A DNA stretch of 64,000 nt from Octopus sinensis (Eukaryota). Under the pieces are notes generated by a model, which did not search any database, had not been told where the DNA came from, and was given only the letters and a program-made list of their open reading frames with translations. This document shows, piece after piece, positions 39,468 through 53,345 of the stretch. The DNA lies in assembly GCF_006345805.1 (NCBI RefSeq), contig NC_043002.1, positions 66,340,001-66,404,000 of the forward strand, read 5' to 3'. The translations under genes were made by a program, and so were the position numbers. Numbering within the stretch: position 1 is the first letter of the stretch; each line of letters starts with the position of its first letter.

Positions 39468-40872
39468 AATGAAATATTTTGCAGCTAAAGTCTCTAGTAG
39501 AGATAGTAAAGCAGTGAAAATATGGGGATAATCTACATTGACAGAGGCACTGGGAATACTTTTACAAACTTTCTATGTATTGACATGTATCTTCTGTTGC
39601 ATAAATAATATTTCATAAGATTTCACCCTACATTGGCTGCAGTACATAACGGAGAAGAAGCATTACAGGAATGATGATTCTGGCTTAAACCACACACACA
39701 AAAAAACCCAAAAAACTAGAAAATAAAATAAAAAATGATGGAAAGAAACCATGATTGTATTAATGACTCCAAGCATAAAATAATTCAGATAAGCTAAGAG
39801 GATATTTAAGAACAAAGACAAAAGACTGCACTTTGAGACTAAGTCGCTCAAGTTTTCGCAGCTAATCAGAAAGGACACAAGTCTCCCATTCTCTCTCTCA
39901 CAGAATGTCACACACACAAGTGAATCTCAATAGCCAGAAGCAGAGAGAAAATGCTGAATGATTTATTGTATAATCCTCTATGAAATAATTTTCAATATAC
40001 AAATAATGCCAAGCAATTTTCATGTCAACTCTGATCAAGCAGACATTTCAGCCATGGCCATTCAGTTTTTTGTCACCCATGACAACATTATCCAGTGTTT
40101 GAGACAGTTGGGTGTAATTTGAAGGAATTTGACTGCTGGCCAATATGAAAATTTGCCTAAACTATGACAGTATAGGAAAAAGGGAAAGAAAGCCGCCACC
40201 AGATAAAGAAATAGATAAAGCGTGACCCCTTTGAATGACTGGAACACACAATCTTAACTCTAATAAAGAAAAGAGACCAAGTTATTACTATGTCTTAATA
40301 CATTACCAAAAAGTTTCAGTCCAGTAGGCCAAGCCTGTGTGACCTGTTTTTTTTAAATTCTTGTTTAAAGCAATGTCATTTCACTTACATATCTAATGTC
40401 CTTGATAAAGGCAAGATCACCATCTCAGTCTTCAAGTCTACTTAACATTAATGAAAAGGTAATAAGAAACCATTTTAATGCAGTAAGGCATGGCAAGGGA
40501 GGAATATAAAGAAATGGGTGAAGTTTCTATTTAGATATAGAAAGCTTCTGTAATTTACTATACACAAAAAATTTGGCTTAGAAATTTATATATGGTTCAA
40601 GGAATTCATTTCTTTAGTGGATATAAAAAAAATAGATTTTATGTGCTATCTCAATTGACCTAACAAGGCAGCTTATAATTTCAATCTAGGTGTGTCAAAT
40701 GAAATAAATAAATAAATATATTAATACAGGAATGATCCTAGATGTTTAGTTAATATCCTGCAGTAATATTACACTTGTCTCAAGCTTTTTGAGGCTGGCT
40801 TTTTGTTTTAATAGCTCTTGAAATCTACGTAGGTGCTTTCATCTTTACAAAGTTCAAGGTAAACTCACCTAC

Positions 40873-41107
40873 CTTCGGCACCAATGGAAACCAGCCTGAC
40901 ACCTTTGCTGGCAATGTAGTCCAAGGCTTTATTGACGTTGGCTATTTTGTGGAATCTCATCTTGCCTCTGTCTGGCTTGGGTAGTTGTTCACCAGATATA
41001 ACTTCCAAAAGCAACATAAGCTTTAATCCATTCCGAAAATCTTCTTCAATATCTTCTATCTGCGTTCCTGCTTTTCTTAGATGAGAATTACACCAGGCAG
41101 TAAACGT
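40873..41107 (-). CDS. ACTN: Alpha-actinin coding exon (CH1 domain), 235 bp, phase 0 to phase 1
   Basis: Reverse complement reads cag|ACG TTT ACT GCC TGG...GGT GCC GAA G|gtaggt = [78 protein letters not shown], the characteristic alpha-actinin CH1 sequence. AG at 41109-41108, GT at 40872-40871, polypyrimidine tract upstream. Confidence 0.98.
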
Positions 41108-42892
41108 CTGTATGGAAAAAAATAAATAAATAAATAAATAAATGAAAGATATAGATATATTTGAAAATTATGATTATAATTGAAGGAAAAAATAGAATTT
41201 TTGAAGAGACTCAATAAGACAATCTTGACCAATGTTTTTGATAAAATTTGGTTTTGACAAGTTGGACAGTCGTGAAATCTTTTACTTAGAGAAAATAAAT
41301 TGTATCCAAATCTGAAGGTAGGAACCAAGTTGCATTTCAATTTAGAGTAAAATGGAGAATCTGAGGAAACTAGGGGTTTGTCTCATCTATCAAATTCTAA
41401 AACAATAGTTGACTCAATGTTCCATACAACAAATTTGAATTTAGAATCACATGACTGTGAAGAGAACCCTTTTGCTACAAGGCTTTTTAAAAAAAATTAT
41501 TTATTTCTCATTTACTTAGTGTTTATGTTCAAACATTAACTCATTATCAAACAAAACATAAGCAATATATGCACAGACATGTTCACTGTGGTTATAAGAA
41601 AGATAATTTATGACGAAATATATCAATAGAAAAGGATTTTCACATGAAATATTTCAATACATTATTGTACATACACATGTATGATAATGTATACATGTAC
41701 AACAATATATATATAAATGTGGCAGAAAAACCTCCCATATTTTACAAGACCAAGGATGGTTAATCTGAGAGGTTTCTTTTGTTGCACACCATATACATTC
41801 AAGCTTACGGTATATGCTGTGTTCTATATAGATTCATACCATTTAATAAACATGACTGACAAATGTGTTATATGCAAATTAGGAAAACTATTAATGTTAT
41901 ATCTTGATAAGCTGCTACTGTTACATGTGTGTGTATATACACACACAGATTAACTGTTCTCTAAATCCCAAAGAATGAGGAGACAACTGTCCCTAAAACA
42001 GATCTATAAGATCTCCCTGTTATTAAGATTATACGATTTATTTCTTTTTATTGTTTGAGAATCGGCAAAAATGAGAAATCCTGTGTCACAATTTGTGAAG
42101 TTTTAGACCTGATTTTATATCTCACCACTTCAAAACTTGTCATACAACTCTTATCTACTTTTAGGATTTCATTCCATTTTCAGCAAAATTCATTTATTTA
42201 CATCACAGTAAAATAACCTTAAGTTATTTCTTTTACAACATTTTTTTGGGCTTCTATTGAACATTTTATGTTCTGTTTTGAATTACATGTATTTAACAAT
42301 GCTTCTTTTTTTTTGCTGTCTTTGATAGGAGAGAATTGTTGGTGTTCAAAGAACCAGAGAAGCCACTCCTTAAACTAATTGTTAGCATTTGAGTGGCAAG
42401 CGCCTGCCTGGGAGCGGCAGAGATAGCAAGGAGGTGGACTTGCAGCATTCAGTTATGCTTTTTTTTTTATTATGTTCTAATTTCAATAAAATGATTACCA
42501 GTTTATGTATTGACATAAATCCTGTTGAATACAACATTCAACTCCCTCACCAACAGTTTTGACCTTGTGTCAAAGTAAAAAATCACAATTATTAAAAATA
42601 AGGTTACACAGCATTAGTATAAAAATATAGTTTGAAATTAACCGTCATCATCACCATCATTTTAATGCTTACTTTTCCCTGCTCGCATGAGTCAGACAAA
42701 AATCCATTGAGGCATTGGCTCAAAAGCTATGGCCATGCTGGAGCACATTCTGAATGGCCATTTTTTTTGTGATTGACTTTTGGTGAAGGAGGGAGTTCAA
42801 TATTGCTGCCCTCATTTGAGATCCTTGCCATGGTGCAGGTTCATATGACCTTCCTATTGCCAGCTATCTGACATCTTTTAGTAATAATTTCA

Positions 42893-43100
42893 AAGGCAGC
42901 GAGCTGGCAGAAACGTTAGCACGCTGGGCAAAATGCTTATCAGTATTTCATCTGCTGTTACATTCTGAGTTCAAATTCCGCTGAGGCCGACTTTGCCTTT
43001 TATCCTTTCAGGGTCGATTAAATAAGTACCAGTTATGCACTGGGGGTTGATGTAATCAACTTAATCCCTTTGTCTGTCCCTCCATGTTTAGCCCCCTGTG
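42893..43100 (+). mobile_element. SINE family B (ggcagcgagctggcagaa... head)
   Basis: tRNA-like head with ctgagttcaaattccgc B-box-like motif and gactttgcctttcatcctttcagggtcgat core. Many copies: ~4160-4510 (two, -), ~21165-21610 (two, +), ~30625-30840 (-), ~50120-50330 (-), ~52400-52850 (two, +), ~60085-60700 (three, -), ~62540-62700 (+). Confidence 0.85.
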
Positions 43101-44318
43101 GGCAGTAAAGATATAAATAATAATTTCAAAGGCCAGGAATTTGGTGGAAGGGAATAATTGATTATATCAACCCAAGTGCTCTGACTGGTAGCTTATTTTG
43201 ATTGATTCAGAAGGGTTAAAGTTAAATTTGAATTTGATAAGACTTGGAACAAAGTTTGATGCCTTAATGACTTCAGCTCCAGGTCAATGTTCTCGGCTGA
43301 GGTCCATTATAACCCTTTGGATCCAAGTAAGATTTTGTTAAAATTTATGAGAATAAACTTGTTATACTAACAATATGCAAGATATTTCAAAATTTGTAAA
43401 ACATTGAATGGCTATGGAGGTTCATCCAAGGAAAATGGAAATCAAAAGGTTCCATATGTAAAAAAAGGGTTGGGAATCACTATTATAGGTGAAGTAAGTA
43501 GTCTGATTTAGTAGATGGCTTTGTTACAAAAAAATTGCCAAGAAAATAGAGAGATTTAATGTTTATTTCATTGGTGTGAGAAATAAAACTGATTTATCAT
43601 TTTTCTATAAAAGCATGAGGGTACCATATTAGATGCCATAAAAGACACAAGAACATATTAGATGCACCCGAATATTTAGTTAAGAAGTCCTTGTGCATTA
43701 ACATGTAATATAGACTGAACTTTGTCCCCAGGATCCAGGACAATATTTTGAGTTAATTGTATTGAAAAAAAAAGTATGTTTTATGTGCCATGAAACACAG
43801 TAATGTCTTTTGTTTTTTTAATTCAAATTTGAAGATTTACATATCATTAAGGCAAGGTAGAAAGGGCCCTTTCTATTTTGATCACTCAGTTGCACCATAT
43901 GAATGAAACTGCTTGCTAGCAAATCTGAGTGAAGCAAATTCAGAAAACATGGTTTGTGATTAGAGTTATAAATTCATAGACACTATGTCTCTCTCTCTCT
44001 CTCTCCCAAAAAGTTTTTGTTTTTAAAATGAAATATTTTCTTCCTGGCTGTTATATAGTATAACTGGCCTCATTTTCACCTGCCATCTTACTTGAAATTT
44101 TGCTTTGTCAGCCTAAGTTGTTAGCAACCAACCCATTTAAAGTTTTTCTTTCCTTGAATTGTGTGTCACCAACCTACAATACTTGTCAATCCAGTTTTGA
44201 TACAGATTCCATGTTGTTCTGTTGCTTTTTTTTTTCTTCTTTTGATCTCAACCTCATTTATTGTAAAAGTTTTTACTTCACACACATGCATCGTTTAACG
44301 TCCACCTTTTATGCTGGC

Positions 44319-44369
<51 letters not shown>

Positions 44370-44480
44370 TACATGCATACAAACACCTACTTTTATTTTA
44401 GAAGTCATTTGTTCAAAAACTATGCAACAGTTCTACACAATTTCAATATTGATATACATTTTATCGCATATACTATTATA

Positions 44481-47400
44481 TGTAAATGTATCCAGTGAAC
44501 ATCTGCACAGTGTGTCTACCTACATAGTCAATAATGATATTGTCATGCTAATATTTTGTGGTGCTGCATGGGTTTTGCATGCTTGCACACAGGCAGGATT
44601 ACATTAAGGCAATTACTAGTTCAATGTCAAATGAAAGACATTGAATAATGTTGGAGAATTACGAAACTCAGTTATAGCAACCATTTGAAGTTTTGAACTG
44701 ACTGTTGTCAGCTTCTGGATTTACAATAAATACAACTGTTTGTGGCTACTAAAATATACTTCTCAAGTGATCAGCCTACAAACACAAATTGGAATCTAAA
44801 TAAACACACAAACTTTGATAATGTTGAAGAAACAGATGCATGGATGATACAGTTTAATTCAAAATTGCTCACAGGTGATATTAATCCTGGTTAAGCTAAA
44901 ATTCTTTGCATCATGTGGCATCACACTGAGTTCAACTTTGCCTTCCAATGTTTTGGGGTTTGTAAAACAAAGTTTCAGTAAAGTACTGGGGTCAATGGTA
45001 CTAATTCCTTCTCCTCATAATTTCTGGCCTTGTACATAAATTAGAAGCCATTATGTGGTGTCAATGTGTGGAGGCGCATGGCCTAGTGGCTAGAGCAGTG
45101 GACTTGCGGTTGAGGGATCGCAGGTTCAAATCTCAGACCAGGCAATGTGTGTGTTTATGAGCGAAACACCTAAGCTCCATGCGGCTCCAGTAGAAGGTAA
45201 TGGCGAACTTCTGCTGACTCTTTCGCCACAACTTTCCTCCTGCATTTTGCAGCTCACCTGCGACGGACCGGCGTCCCATCCAGGTGGGGAACCTATACGC
45301 CAAGGAAACCAGGCATGGTTCGAGAAGGAGCAAACAATGTGGTGTCAATACAATCATCAAAAGGGAAGATGCCTTATATCCTGCAACAATTCAGCAAAAA
45401 CAAGAAGCGCAGGTTAATAATATCTTAAAACTAAATATGTGTGCTTCTTTATGTAGACTCTTTGTAACCAAGATGGTCCAAAAGCAGAGCATATAAAATA
45501 GATTATTACTAATGGGACCAGTTGTACTGTAACAAAAATAATGACTCCCCATTGTCGAAGAATTTGTCTGAACTACATCTATCTCAGATCTAGATATGTT
45601 AGTCTTGGACAGTCAGAGGAAATGTTTTGCTTTCAGATCAATAGTACACCTAAGTTCTAATACAGAACTTGTTACTAGCAATGACTCATGTAAGGAACAA
45701 GTAACCAAGTAAAGCTAATCTTAACATTGCAAGACAAGGCCCTTTATGTTTTGTTATATATATAGGAAGAAATGCTTTAACTGTGGTAAACTGGGCCATT
45801 TCAGCAAATTATGCTGGTCAGAACCAGTGTATTCTACTAAATCTCTCCATACATTAATATTAAGAGTATGAATGAATCAGCTCGATGATGAAGAAATAAA
45901 TCTGAATATCATTTGTGCAACAAAGGATAATTTATTCTGGATGAATGTAAGTTGAACGCACACTCAGTTGAAATGCATATGGATAACTGATTCAGCAAGA
46001 TCTGTCATTTTGGCTTCACAGTTAGCATAGATATCATTAATAGCTAACTTTCACACCTTATCCCTATAGTAGAAAGAATAGCTAACTTTCTATGACAATC
46101 CATAGCTAGAGGACATTAGCACTACAACAGTTATGTTTGACTCAAGAGATAGAATTGGTCAATAACTCTTGCAAATTTATATCAATTGGTACAAATATTC
46201 TGAAGGATACATCACATCACTATTTTTCTCGAACTCCAGGACTCATAAAGATTGGTTGCCCAATTCTCATGGTGTACATGTGACTGACATCACAGCATTC
46301 ATTTCAAATGGGAAGCTAGTCTGTTGCAAGGTTCAAGTCCAGCAAATTTTGAGGGGAGGAGGCAAGCTAATTACATTGACTCCCCCAGTACTTGACTGGT
46401 ACTTTATCAACCCTGAATGAATGAAAAGCAAAGTTGACTGTGGAAGGATTTGAACTCCATGACCATATGAAGGGTTCAGTGCTGCATCAAGAGTTGTTTG
46501 GGTAAATGAGGAAAGTGGTAAACAGAGAACGTGTGCCAATTACAAAGCACGTTTAAATTTAAAATTTCAACTTTTACTGTATTGAACTCCTTGTCTTGAA
46601 ACAATAATCACTGATATGCAAACAGAAAGTATTGGTTTGGATGAAAACTTCAAGAGATTGTACACAATAAATACAAGCAATGGACTTTATTTGGTCAATA
46701 AATGAGTTTCAGAAATATAGGTCTATTTTCGAATGCTGTATGAAGTCTGTATGTAAAAGAATTCAAAGCATAATTATCTATCAGAACAACATATTCATCA
46801 TTGCAGCAACCTAGAATATATTGAAGAATTGAGGAATTGCAGTTATTGCTAAACTGAAAGGAACCGCTGTATTGATCAAGCCAAATAAATGCATTAATCA
46901 TGCATTTTCCATAAATTACCTAAGAATGAATATTTCAAAGGCTAAGATCAAACCGTCACATAATTTAATAGACAAGATCTAATGGTTTGTTGCTTTTTTT
47001 TTTTTTTGTTCCTAAATCAAAAGGAGATATTAAAAAATATATTGATGTTGCCAAACTATCATCAGCTGCTTGTACAAAGTTTTCATGACATAGATGATTG
47101 TCTTCCTGCAGCGGGCACTAATGTCATTACTTAAAGATATTTAAGTAAGGCAACAAAACTTCAGGGACAATATCTCAAAATGGAAAAGCTTTTGGCATGT
47201 GCTAGCCATAAGCTGGATAATACACAGAGATATTGCAATACTGAATATGAAATCAATGCAGCAGTATGGTATGTTGACAGATTGAGATATTTTCTTTTAA
47301 GGAAATCTTTCAGACTAATGACAGACGATTGCAAATCAATTTTTCAGATCTTGATGTTGTCAAGTGACGTTTTAACAACTGGCCAAATGGACCCTCATAT

Positions 47401-48930
47401 TACCACAATATGTTTTCAAAATTGCCTGTTAAAACTACTCATGTTGATGTTCTTAATAGGCTAAAGTATAACTGTGATGAGTATCATAGCGTTTTTTACA
47501 AGTGCATTGTCTGACAAATTCATTTCGACTCAATGGAAACAGTTTGAGGACATAAAAAAAAACATTTTAAAACATGTAACATTTATACTCAAGTACAGGA
47601 AAAGATTGGCCTTAACTCATTTAGAATAAAAGTACTTTGAAGGACATTCTTCTTAAAGGGCTGTAGTGAATGACCTTATAAAACACAATCTATTTATTTC
47701 CGAACCTTATTGCACAAAAGTTCTTTCTATAATTCATGATACTTGGGCATTAACCACCACCCCTCCCCTGCCACACACACTTACAGAAACTAAATCTTAT
47801 GTTTGATGGCCAAATTTTGTGACAGGAACTAATATCTGATTTAAAAGCACTCTTTGTACTGATAAGTTGCTTGAATCACAACCTTGGAGAAGATTGGACT
47901 GGAGAGACATACAAAATTTTAAGAACATGTTAATCATAGTTTGCCCATTGCTGTAGGAGCTTAGTAACAGAACGAAAATTCTATTTGGCATTTTCATTAC
48001 ATTTGTCATTCTAATGAAAGTGATATCAGACAATGAATCGGCAATTCATTCAATTAAAGGACTGCTTAAACAGATTGGTGTCAAGAAAATTGACAGACCT
48101 ATTGACGATTCAAAATCTAATGACGCAGCAGAAAGTGCTGGGTAATCAAATCTGTGGTAAAACCTAATAGTCCTTCAACCAGAAAATTTAATGAGTTTGT
48201 TACAGGGCTTTTTTTCCCCTCCCCTCAATCATCTAGTGCATTCAAAGTATTTCCAGCAGAGAAATTACTTGGCAGGCAAAACTAGTTAAGTAGTCTACCA
48301 GTTTTACAATGATTAACCAACGGTGCAGTGAGGAACAATGTAAAGGAAATTTACTGCAGATGCATGTAATCTGATTCGTGCTGGTAGAAACACAGCCTAG
48401 ATTAAACGTGAGTATGAAAAAGTTCAATTAGCTTCAAATTGAAATAAAAATCTTCCCGTGAGCACATCTGCTAATCATCATCCCCACCAGCTGCCCTATC
48501 TGAAGACAGATTCCACACCATCATGTGATTGCCTGTAGTAATATTTCTAACAAGTCAACATCATCAATTTCTTCAACTCCTACACAAACTCCAACACCTC
48601 CTATACTACTGACACTACTAAGTCTTGGTGATCCTTACAGCAATTTAGTGAGTAGTCCAACACCATCATGTAGGAGCTGTAGAATTATAAAGGAAATTTG
48701 GAACCCACAATGATATGACTATGACAATTTACCTTTTGTGGTTGGAGCAGTGTTATGGTTATAGAATTCTATTAACGGTATGTAAATATATCCAGTCAAC
48801 ATCTGCACACTGCAACTATCTACCTGGTCTATGACATCATTGTTATGCTAGCGTTATGGTGTTGCCTGCAATATGCATACATGCACAAGATCAGGACAAC
48901 TTAAGGTGACTACCATCTCAATGTCAAAAG
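44481..48930 (+). mobile_element. Decayed Ty3/Gypsy LTR retrotransposon with both LTRs
   Basis: Diverged direct repeats at ~44481-44630 and ~48781-48930 (tgtaaatgtatccagtgaacatctgcaca / tgtaaatatatccagtcaacatctgcaca ... caatgtcaaa). Internal motifs in Gypsy order: CCHC knuckle CFNCGKLGHFSKLC (45773-45814); frameshifted protease motif MHMD(T)DSARSVI (~45970-46010); RT pieces VVWVNEESGKQRTCANYKARLN (~46490-46560) and IIIYQNNIFIIA (YQNN at 46779-46790, a dead YxDD); RNase H (ORF 47180..47464, LACASHKL...RYFLLRKSFRLMTDD); integrase core QPWRRLDW...LIIV...VISDNES...SKSNDAAE (47873-48145). Multiple stops and frameshifts; LTR ends approximate. Confidence 0.88.
45066..45336 (+). mobile_element. tRNA-derived SINE nested in the Gypsy element, 13-bp TSD
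   Basis: Head ggcgcatggcctagtggctagagc...caggttcaaatctc (A/B-box-like). Flanked by ATGTGGTGTCAAT at 45053-45065 and 45337-45349. Confidence 0.9.
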
Positions 48931-51861
48931 ATTGTTTCTTGTTATGCCATGATACACAACAGATGCTTGGCACTTTGAATGTAGAGTTGCAGACTTATGT
49001 AATTATCAAAAACACAACATATTGTTTGGTATCAGTTGCGAAAATAAATTGATTTGCAGAATCTAAAATAAGACGGAACTAATTAGCAACCTGAACCATG
49101 ACAAAGGTACAGGCATTATTTGTGTGGTTAAGAAGTTTCTTTCCAACCATGTGGTTTTGGGTTCAGTCCCATTTTGTGGCACCCTTGGCAAATGCCCTCT
49201 ACTACAGCACCAAGTAGACCAAAGCCTTGTGAGTAGATTTGGTTGATGGAAATTGAAAGGAATCTGTCATATATGAGGTTGTGTGTGTGAGTGTGTCCCT
49301 GCTCTGATTCCTTTGTTTTGATATTGTGCAATAGTTGTAAACAAACATTACCATCAAGCAAACAGTGTCCATTTCTAATCTTCGGTGAAAATATTGCCCT
49401 TCCTGTTACTAACGCTAGAGTGTTTTCCAAGTAAGAGATTTCTTACTTCACACAGATTTTAAGGCACAAAGCAAACAAATGATTTGTTGACAGAAGTGAC
49501 AACACCACCAGAGCTTACAACAAACATCTTTCAAAATAGTTCAAATGTAAACATACACACACACGACAGGGTTCTTTTAGTTTCCATCCATCAAATTCAC
49601 TCAAGAGTTTGGTTTGTCAAGAATACACTTGCTCAAGGTACCACACAGTGAGACTAAAGCTGTAACCACATGGTTGGGAAACAAACCACATGGCCACACC
49701 CACACAACCTTTATATAAATATATAAACATTTATCAAAAGAAGATATTTTACAATTTAGTTTAATGCTTTCACTGAAATATGAAAGCATCTTCTGAGTTT
49801 CAAGGTCATTTACATTTAGTTAAAATTCATAGATCAAGTTACACAGTAACTTCACCAGCCAAAGGGATTGGGTGGTATCTAATTAAGACCGTAAACAGTT
49901 GTTAAATTAATTTTAGCAAATCCTCAATATATTCTTGTTAAGTCTGACCTACCAAATCCCTCTGAATGAACTCCCCTACAGGCTTTAGCTAAAAACAATA
50001 TTGAATTCTTTGGAAAACATATTCACTGTAAAAATGGAATGGATAAAAATTAACTGTTAATTAATAACAGTTAAAATTACATTTATGTATTTACTTGAAA
50101 ATGTGTACAATTGTTTGTTATAGGAACAAGGCCCAACTTTGAGGGGAGGGAGTTAATTAAATCTACTCTAGTATTTAACTGGTACATTAGTTTATTGATC
50201 CTGAAAAAGTGAATGGTGAAGTTAACCCTAATCAGATTTGAATTTAGTACATAGTGAACCAGAAGAACTGCCACAGGTTTTTTTTCCCATTTCTCTAACA
50301 ATTCTGCCAATCCATTACCCTCAAACAAGTGAATAAGCATTTGATTTATGACTCATAATTTTACATTCTGTCAATGGTGTTGTATCTTGAGCAAAGCACC
50401 AAACAGTCTCTGTTCATTTATTTTATAGACTAACAACTAAAAAATAGATGTCAGATGACCCAGTGAAGTAGTGAAATTGATGAGTTGTTTGGTGGCTTAT
50501 AGCAGTGCAAGTTTACATTATCTTGTGAGAATAAACAAAGAAATAACCAATCACTAAGCACATCTTACAAACCATAAATCCATAAACATTGTCATCAAAG
50601 CGGAAGATGGATTCTGGTTTATTTTCAAAGAAACACAATCACAATCATCATCATCATCATCTAATGTCTGTTTTCCACGTTGGCATGGGTCGAACAGTTT
50701 GACAGGAGCTGGCAAAGCTAGGAGCCACACCAGGCTTCATTGTCTGTTTTGACATAGTTTCTATGGCTGGATGTCCTTCCTAATACCAACAATTTTACAG
50801 AGTGTACTGGGTTTGTTATACATGACGGAAGAATAATACATACATACATAATAGGTATACAACAGGCTTCTTTCAGTTTCCATCGCCCAAATACACTCAA
50901 AAAGCTTTGGTCAATTTAAGGCTTTTGATAGAAGACATTCAATCAATCAATTTTAAGTTACCTCTACATATTTTTCTGTAGAATTTAGAGCCATCACTGA
51001 AAGTTATGTTTTGTATACAAATACATCATTGTAAAGAATGTGACAAAATGGCAGGACTTTCCGTACTGGCTCTAAATCCTACAGAAAAGTCTGTAGAGGT
51101 AACTTAAAAGTGATTCAATCGCACTACACAGAGAGTAGGGCACAATATAGACTTATATAGCTTTAATATACTTAGTAGGATATAATGGTTATAAAATGAA
51201 ATATGGTGTTCTTGCCAGCAATTAACGTGTCCAATGTGCCAAGCAGTGGAATTGAACCTGAAACCACTCGACTGGGAAGTGGTCATCTTAAACACACAAC
51301 CATGCATCTACTTTAACTACATTTAACCTTCATTAGATCACAAATATCAAAGTATAGATATAACAGAGGAACTTCTATCCATCTAATTAGGTTTTTGAAG
51401 CATCTTATAATTTAGCTTTGGAGATGTTAATGTATCGGAAATTCAAGAGTGGTTGCCTTAATAGCTGTGTGTGTGTTAGTGGATGCATGCAAATGTTTGG
51501 AAATGTATTCCATTCATATAAAACTAAAAGTGATATTAAAAGCAAACAAAACTCTTTCATTCTACCGTTAAGTTCAAGATTTCACAGAAACAATTTAAGC
51601 TAACATACTTACAACTTTAAACTTGATGTATTTAATAAGTCTAACTATAAAAATGTAACCAAGAAGCCATAGTTTAAATAATTTTCTAATTCATATATTT
51701 TGAGTTAAAGCTAATAATACAGATAAATTCAAGAACTTGAGATTTTACATTTTTCAAGTAGGAGTGAAAGAAAGCAGGAGAATATTATATAAATTGAAAG
51801 CAACATATATTTTATATCTAAGAAAACAGGAAAGAGAAAAAAAATAAAGGAATTGAAATGG

Positions 51862-51892
<31 letters not shown>

Positions 51893-52615
51893 CATTCTTA
51901 AATTTCAGTTTGAAGTAATAATTCTTGATATTTCTACAGTTATTTTTTGGACTCCAAATATAAATTCATAACAGAATATTTGTTTTAAGAACATTGCAGT
52001 AGAGGACTAACTATACATAGAAAGAAAAGAAAGCTTAACAGTTTAGTTTTTACTTATGCTTTTTATTATTATTCTTTTTCACCTCTTGCCTTTAGGTACA
52101 GCATAAACAGAGAAGAATGCTGAAGAATGCTAACAACAATCCTGTTTTTCATCAACTCTTACAAATGATGTGAAAAATAGATTTGGACAAACTGTTATGT
52201 ACTCAAGTAATTTTTATATGAATATTTTTTTTCTTTCTTTTGCAATGATGGCCTTTCAACAAAGGTCACATTTGGTGTTAAATGGAGGGTAGTATACAGA
52301 TATTTTCTCCTTCAGTATAATCAGATCATTATTTAGGTTATCATCATCATCAATGTTATTATTATTATTATCATTATTATTATTATTATTATTATTATTG
52401 AGGCAGCGAGCTGGCAGAATCGTCAGTATGCTGGACGAAATGCTTAGCGGTATTTCACTCATCACTATGATCTGACTTCAAATTCCGCTGAGATTGACTT
52501 TGCCTTTCATCCTTTCAGGGTCAAGAAATTAAGGACCAGTCGATTACTGGGGTCAATGTAATCAACTAGTCCCCTTCCCCAAAATTTCAAGCCTTGTGCC
52601 TATAACAGAAAGGAC

Positions 52616-52649
<34 letters not shown>

Positions 52650-53059
52650 TAAGTGGCAAGCTGGTAGAATTGTTACCACAATTGACAAAATGCTAGGCAG
52701 CATTTTTTCTGGCTCTGCATTTCGAGTTCAAATGCCGTCAAGGGTGACTTTAACCTTAGGGACAAATTGAGGACTGTGGTCGATGTAATCAACTCTATCT
52801 CCTTCAAAATTGCTGGCCTTAGGCCAAAATTAGAAACAGTCATTATCATCATCGTTATTATCAATATCATTATTATTTTTAGAAGCTCTTGAACCAAAAG
52901 GACACAGAAGTAGCTAAAGAAAAAGGGAATATGAAAACCAGAATTTAATCCCAATGGTACACACACTAATTAAGTATAGGTGGTGCAGGCATTGAGCTCT
53001 CTTCAGCTTGCTTAGTGAGTGGGGTACAATTCAGTTACCCACTCCATCTACACCAAACA

Positions 53060-53345
53060 AGAGAGAGAGAGGGAGAAAGAGAGAATGTGAGAGAATGAGA
53101 GAAAGACGTGAGAGAGAAAGAGAGGTGTGAGGGAATGAGCATTGAGAGAATGAGAGAAAGAAGTGAGAGAGAAAGAGGTGAGAGAGAATGAGAAAGAGAG
53201 GTGAGAGAATGAGAGAGAGAGAAGGTGAGAGATAATGAGAAAGAGAGAAGGTGAGAGAATGAGAGAGAAGCGAGAGAGAGAGAGAGAGAAAGGTGAGAGA
53301 ATGAGAGTGAGAGAGAGAATGAGAGAGGGGAGCGGAGGAAGGGTG
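53060..53345 (+). repeat. GA-rich degenerate tandem repeat
   Basis: Repeated GAGAGAATGAGA / GGTGAGAGA units. Confidence 0.9.

Noticed and set aside
42390-42425. + strand reads EWQAPAWERQR, resembling the actinin exon-1 motif LLDPAWEKQQKK
   Set aside because: Wrong strand relative to the gene, followed by a stop, and no splice donor. I found no true first coding exon between 41108 and 64000.
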